A model generated the notes under the pieces. The model saw nothing but the letters and a program-made list of their open reading frames with translations, had not been told where the DNA came from and made no database searches. This document shows positions 59,528-64,000 of a stretch of DNA of 64,000 nucleotides, piece after piece. How positions within the stretch are numbered: the stretch's first letter is position 1; each line of letters starts with the position of its first letter. The DNA comes from an uncultured Nitrospiraceae bacterium (lineage in GTDB: Bacteria; Nitrospirota; Thermodesulfovibrionia; Thermodesulfovibrionales; Dissulfurispiraceae): assembly GCA_963705105.1 (NCBI GenBank), contig CAVPIW010000005.1:1-64000 (forward strand). The letters are read 5' to 3'. The position numbers and the translations under genes were made by a program.

Positions 59528-60664
59528 TCAACTCGCTGCGGCGACGAGCACACTGCGTCCGGGTGCGCCAGACATGACCTCACAGACAATCGCCCAGATG
59601 AAGCCAGCGAGCTCACGGGCAACCGCCGTGCAGGCTTCCACTGGCCGCTTTCCCCGCAGCAGGAGATGTTGATAGCGCATGCACAACCGCTTCTGAGCCT
59701 TCCACGCAATCGACTGCACCCCCGGAGAGGTCTTCTCCGCCCGCCGCTGCAGCACCGCCGTCTTGCGTGCGGGAAACCGGTAGCACCACGCAGCCTCGAT
59801 CAGGATTCGCCGCGCATGCCCGTTGCCTGCCTTGGTGATCCCGCCTCGACTCCGCTTCGCCCCGCTGGAATGCTCGCTGGGCACCAGACCGAGATACGCC
59901 ATCAGCTGAGACGCATTGCTGAAACGGGTCACATCGCCGAGTTCCGCCACCACCGTCATCGCTCCCACGATCTTCAGCCCCCGCAATGCCATCAGCGCTG
60001 TGACCACCGGCGCCAGCGACCACGTCTCCAGAGCCCGCCGCATTTCCTCTTCAATCGCCTTGACTCGCTGCCCTGCCTGCACCACAGCGTCGACATATTC
60101 CTGAAAAACAATCTGCTGCACAGCGCTGTCAAACTTCAGGCCCTCCAGCCACCGAAAATGAGCCTGCGTCCACGGGCTCTTGCCCGGATAGAGCTTTCCA
60201 TGTCTGAGCAGAAACGCCCCCAGCCGCTGCCGAAAGTGCCGTTCCGCTGCCTTCATGTCCAAACGAATCCGCGTCAAGTCGCGGATCGCCTCCTGCTCAG
60301 CATCAGGCACCCATGCTGCCGTCAGTTGCCCCGCCCTCAGCAATCCTGCCAAGCTCACCGCGTCCCGGCGGTCCGTCTTAACTCGATCGCCCGCTTTCCT
60401 CGGTATAAGCGAGGGCGCAACCACCTCGCAGGCATAGCCAAGCTCCCTCAGTTGACGATACGTCCCATAGCCGCACGGACCCGCCTCATAACAATACAAC
60501 ACGTCCCCACCATTCGCGATCTTCTTGACCAATCTCCTGATCGCCTCAGGCCTGTTGTCGATCTCACCGTAGAACATCGGCTCGCCTCTGCCTGCCGTCG
60601 CAATCGCTACCTGGATCCGTTCCTTATGGACATCAAGCCCGACATACTTGCTATAATTCTTCAT
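59528..60664 (-). CDS. IS110 family transposase
   Basis: Same as copy 1 except KAVER to KAAER. Confidence 0.97.
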   Translation of the reverse strand: MKNYSKYVGLDVHKERIQVAIATAGRGEPMFYGEIDNRPEAIRRLVKKIANGGDVLYCYEAGPCGYGTYRQLRELGYACEVVAPSLIPRKAGDRVKTDRRDAVSLAGLLRAGQLTAAWVPDAEQEAIRDLTRIRLDMKAAERHFRQRLGAFLLRHGKLYPGKSPWTQAHFRWLEGLKFDSAVQQIVFQEYVDAVVQAGQRVKAIEEEMRRALETWSLAPVVTALMALRGLKIVGAMTVVAELGDVTRFSNASQLMAYLGLVPSEHSSGAKRSRGGITKAGNGHARRILIEAAWCYRFPARKTAVLQRRAEKTSPGVQSIAWKAQKRLCMRYQHLLLRGKRPVEACTAVARELAGFIWAIVCEVMSGAPGRSVLVAAAS

Positions 60665-60777
60665 ACCCTGTCCCTCCTTAATTGTGGCTCTGAGCTTCAG
60701 CCCTCACTTAAGCTTAACCCACGTCACTTAAGTTTGTGGACAGGGTTAATACATTATGTCTTGTCCGGAATCTTTCT

Positions 60778-61049
60778 TAACCTTAATGTTGCATACGCCG
60801 GACCGGAAAGGCGGGGCGTATGCGCCGAAAACCTTGCTGCGGCGACACCTATATCAAAACGCATGCTGAACTATACTTTCATAGTCGATAACACAAAGAG
60901 TGGAATCCTGAAACACGAACCTGACGAGGCGTATCGTCGCCTTCAGCAAGGCTTTGAGGCGTTTCGCCCCGCCTTTCTATGTAACGACAAAGTTAAGGTT
61001 CAAAAGGATTCCCGACGCCCCCGCTCAGTGGCGGGGTTGCGGGAATGAC
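60778..61049 (+). repeat. Subtype A repeat inside a REP doublet; second REP at 61007-61049
   Basis: A arms; GATTCCCGAC...GCGGGAATGAC. Confidence 0.9.
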
Positions 61050-61080
61050 GAACTGTGTGGCCTTGCTTGAAATCTCTTCA

Positions 61081-62421
61081 TTATACCCCACCGGAACTCT
61101 TCGGCAACACGATAGTGACAGTCGTCCCTTTCCCGGGCGTGCTGTCAATCCCGATCTCTCCCCCCAGTACCGAGATGAGCCTGTCGACGATGGCGAGCCC
61201 CAGGCCCGTCCCCTTCGTCTTGGTCGTGAAAAAAGGCTGGAAAATTTTACTCATCGTCTCACTGTCCATTCCACAGCCGTTGTCCCGCACGGAAAGCCGT
61301 ATCAACCGGTTTTCCTCCCCCGCATCGACGGTGATATGCCCTTCAGCGCCCACGGCATCGACGGCATTCTGGAGGACATTGACGAGGACCTGTTTGAGCT
61401 TGTCGCCGTCCGTCATCACCTGCAGGCCGGGTGGGATCATGGTCTCGATCATGACGGACGGGCCCCTCTCTTCATCGCGTTCCAGGGCCTTCAGACTCTC
61501 CGAAACGGCTTCAAGGAGATTTATCGGCCGCACGCGCACCTCTTCAGGCCTTGCGAAAAGAAGGAGGTCCCTCGTCAGCGTCTCGAGCCTCACCGATTCG
61601 TCGATGATGATGCCCAGGAACTCGCGGGCACGGGCTGCTCCTGCCCCCGCCCTGTTATCCCCGCCCATCTCCGGCCCCTGTTCCCTGCCGGTCCTTTCCA
61701 CCTGCTCGAGGATGTACTGGGCGAACCCCTTGATGCTCCCCAGGGGATTCCGTATCTCATGGGCGAGCACCGAGGCCATTTCTCCCATAATGGCGAACCT
61801 CTCCCGGGCCTCCATCCTTTTTTTCATTTCCTCCGCATTTCGCAAAGCCCTCATAAAGAAATACCCGATGAGCCAGAGGAGGCTGAGGAGGATCATCACG
61901 GTGACGACCTGCACCCTCGCCTGCCGCACAATCTCCTCGACGGGATAGGTATGCAGGGAAACTCTCAGGATCATGGCGGCGTTTTCCGGAGAGACGGGAT
62001 AATCGAGAACGAAGACCCTCTCACCCGTTCCGAGGGTCATATAGGAGACAACGGGATCACCCTTTCCGACCGTCTCAGTGAAACCTTTGTCTGTGATCTT
62101 TCTGCCGACGAGGTTCTCGTTGGAGTGAAGGACCGTCAATCCCCGATCGTCATAGAGGGCGACAAAGCCGATACCGGCCCAGGTGCCTTTGCGGAGGATG
62201 TCGCTGAAGATGTTGTCACGGTCCCTGATCGCCCTTCCCAGCGACGGTTCGAGACTCGCCGCCACGGCGAGGGCCTGCAGCCTGAGGGCCTCCTCTGCGG
62301 CCTTCCGCGCGTTTGTATATGTGAAAAGAGTGTTCAGGATCGTCACGACCGAGGCGGCTGTCACGATCACCAGGAGATAGCCGCGGCTTCCCGCCGAAAA
62401 TGACTCCTTCAGGCTCTTCAT
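61081..62421 (-). CDS. Membrane sensor histidine kinase
   Basis: Two TM segments, LAHEIRNPL, PFFTTK..GTGLGL. Confidence 0.94.
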   Translation of the reverse strand: MKSLKESFSAGSRGYLLVIVTAASVVTILNTLFTYTNARKAAEEALRLQALAVAASLEPSLGRAIRDRDNIFSDILRKGTWAGIGFVALYDDRGLTVLHSNENLVGRKITDKGFTETVGKGDPVVSYMTLGTGERVFVLDYPVSPENAAMILRVSLHTYPVEEIVRQARVQVVTVMILLSLLWLIGYFFMRALRNAEEMKKRMEARERFAIMGEMASVLAHEIRNPLGSIKGFAQYILEQVERTGREQGPEMGGDNRAGAGAARAREFLGIIIDESVRLETLTRDLLLFARPEEVRVRPINLLEAVSESLKALERDEERGPSVMIETMIPPGLQVMTDGDKLKQVLVNVLQNAVDAVGAEGHITVDAGEENRLIRLSVRDNGCGMDSETMSKIFQPFFTTKTKGTGLGLAIVDRLISVLGGEIGIDSTPGKGTTVTIVLPKSSGGV

Positions 62422-62480
62422 ACCTGATTATACCGTATCGGGATCTGTGATGACGTGAAAGCGCCCTGACGGACGCACCG

Positions 62481-62512
62481 AAAAAAAAGGCGGCTGCCAT
62501 CGGCAGCCGCCT
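62481..62512 (-). terminator. Intrinsic terminator after porin gene
   Basis: AGGCGGCTGCC-GAT-GGCAGCCGCC followed by a T run on the - strand. Confidence 0.88.
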
Positions 62513-62536
62513 GTGTTTCAGGTTTCCCTGATGGTC

Positions 62537-63919
62537 TTAGAAGTTGAGCTGGATACCGTGCCTGATGGCATAGGCATCATCCGGATCGTTGGCGTCTCCG
62601 GTGACGGCCTTCCAGAACTTGCCGGCAAAGAGGTAGCCGCCCTCAACCCAGTACTTCAGGTTCCTGTCGATCTGGTAGGTGAACTTTGCGTCGAGTTCCG
62701 TTCCGATCGACCTGCTGTCCGTGGTGTTCGCGAACCCGTACGGGTTGTTCGTGTCGATCTTCTTCACGGCCTGGATGTAGAAGAGGCCGAGGTCCATGTT
62801 GAGGTTCTTCATCAGGTCGGCGTTGACGCCGAGCTTTCCGTACCACGCATTCGTGAGACCGCCGAAATTCTCGTTCGCGGCGTTCCTCGTGCGGTACTCA
62901 TACACGTAGGTGAAGTGCGGGTCTGCGCCGAGGCTGGTGATGAAGCTCTTGTTCTCGTCGTCGGTCGCGTTGCTATCACCACTGCCGTAGGCGAAGTCGA
63001 TGCTGATTTTCACCGGTGCGATGGTGAAGAATGCGCCGATCATGCCGCCGTAGCCTTTGAAGTCCGTCGTCCTGCCGTCGGGGGCCTCGTCCTCACCCAT
63101 CTGGAAGTTGATGTCGCCCTTGAACCCGATGCCGGAAATGTTGACGCCGCCGTTCAGGCCGAAGTTCCAAAGGTCTGCGCTCCTGCCGGCAACGCCTGCG
63201 AACCTGCTGTCATTGACATAGGACACGTTCAAATTGGCGTTCCACTCTTTGTCCTTGTAGCCCGCATAAAACAGATAGGCGTCTGCGTCATCGGAGAAGT
63301 TCGCGTTGTTCTCGGCAAGCTTCACGGTGAGGGCGCCGATCTCAAGGTTCTTCATCGGCTCGATGAAGAGCAGGAGAGCGTCGTCACCGAATTTCCGGTG
63401 ATCATAGAAGAGACCCATCGCCTGGATGACGGGCATGTGACCGACCTTGAGGCCGGCGGGAATGCCGAAGAGACCCGAGCCCTTGTGCTGAATCCAGGCC
63501 TCGAGGATGTTCAGGCTGGTGGCCTTCTGATTGCCTGCCTTGTACTCGCCCGTGGCGCGGCTGGTGTTGCTGCCCCAGGTGTAAAGGTCCTGTGAAAGAG
63601 AGTCGAGGTTGTTGTTCACAGACTCGAGGTGGATCCTGCCGGATGTGTTCGGCGTCACCTGTGCGTCGATCTGGAGCCTTACCCTCTGGTCCCAGGCTGC
63701 GTTGTGGTCGTCGCCGGCCGGTCCGTCATCCTGGAAATCACCGTTATTGCTCCTGTACTCACCCCTTGTCCTGATCTCACCACCGATGGTGATCTGTGTC
63801 TGCCCCTTTGCGACGACTGCCTGAGTCTCCGACGGGATCTCGGCATGGATCGCGAAGGCGCTGGCCGCAAAGCCGAAGACCAGCAACATCCCTAAGACTA
63901 CTGCCAATGATTTTTTCAC
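62537..63919 (-). CDS. Outer-membrane beta-barrel porin (alginate-export-like)
   Basis: Signal peptide, alternating beta-strand pattern, C-terminal Phe (IQLNF). Confidence 0.85.
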   Translation of the reverse strand: MKKSLAVVLGMLLVFGFAASAFAIHAEIPSETQAVVAKGQTQITIGGEIRTRGEYRSNNGDFQDDGPAGDDHNAAWDQRVRLQIDAQVTPNTSGRIHLESVNNNLDSLSQDLYTWGSNTSRATGEYKAGNQKATSLNILEAWIQHKGSGLFGIPAGLKVGHMPVIQAMGLFYDHRKFGDDALLLFIEPMKNLEIGALTVKLAENNANFSDDADAYLFYAGYKDKEWNANLNVSYVNDSRFAGVAGRSADLWNFGLNGGVNISGIGFKGDINFQMGEDEAPDGRTTDFKGYGGMIGAFFTIAPVKISIDFAYGSGDSNATDDENKSFITSLGADPHFTYVYEYRTRNAANENFGGLTNAWYGKLGVNADLMKNLNMDLGLFYIQAVKKIDTNNPYGFANTTDSRSIGTELDAKFTYQIDRNLKYWVEGGYLFAGKFWKAVTGDANDPDDAYAIRHGIQLNF

Positions 63920-64000
63920 TTCCTAACCCTCCTTGAGTTAGTTCAGCATTAATCCGCCAAGGGCGGACTGAGAATCGTGCCCTGTTTTATAGCACGACGC

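Larger units (their letters stand above)
59240..60759 (-). mobile_element. IS1111-group insertion sequence, copy 2 (1520 bp)
   Basis: Near-identical reverse complement of copy 1; same target GTCATTCCGG-CT-TGTCCGGAATC. Confidence 0.93.

Noticed and set aside
59423..61048. 541-aa and 484-aa (53768-55222) ORFs
   Set aside because: Antisense to the IS1111 transposase, running into repeats
63945..64000. Sigma54 promoter or riboswitch upstream of the porin
   Set aside because: GG-to-GC spacing is 9 rather than 10; the two hairpins match no family I recognise and the window ends here

Overview
GC-rich bacterial chromosome segment; gene content suggests an anaerobic Nitrospirota/Desulfobacterota-like organism (inference only). 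Housekeeping content: purN, lexA and a Y-family polymerase, 2-oxoacid:ferredoxin oxidoreductase, pyk-ldh-gpmA-mlaEFDA-pgi, tRNA-Val/Asp, an 11-gene nuo operon lacking nuoEFG, trpC, arsC, rpsF-ssb-rpsR, three sensor-kinase/sigma54-regulator pairs, nadD, proA, hisI, der, split fumarate hydratase and a porin. Notable signals: (1) nuoB has an in-frame TGA at the first Cys of its GLACC motif followed by a SECIS-like hairpin, so it is a probable selenoprotein that the ORF track truncates. (2) About 17 intergenic copies of a mosaic ~200-bp hairpin family with covarying stems, nested with REP and MITE-like elements. (3) Two IS110-family elements (one IS110-group copy, two IS1111-group copies) are inserted into those repeats, and their non-coding ends carry readable bridge/seek-RNA guides matching their own target and donor junctions. 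All calls were made by eye; no database searches or folding programs were run.
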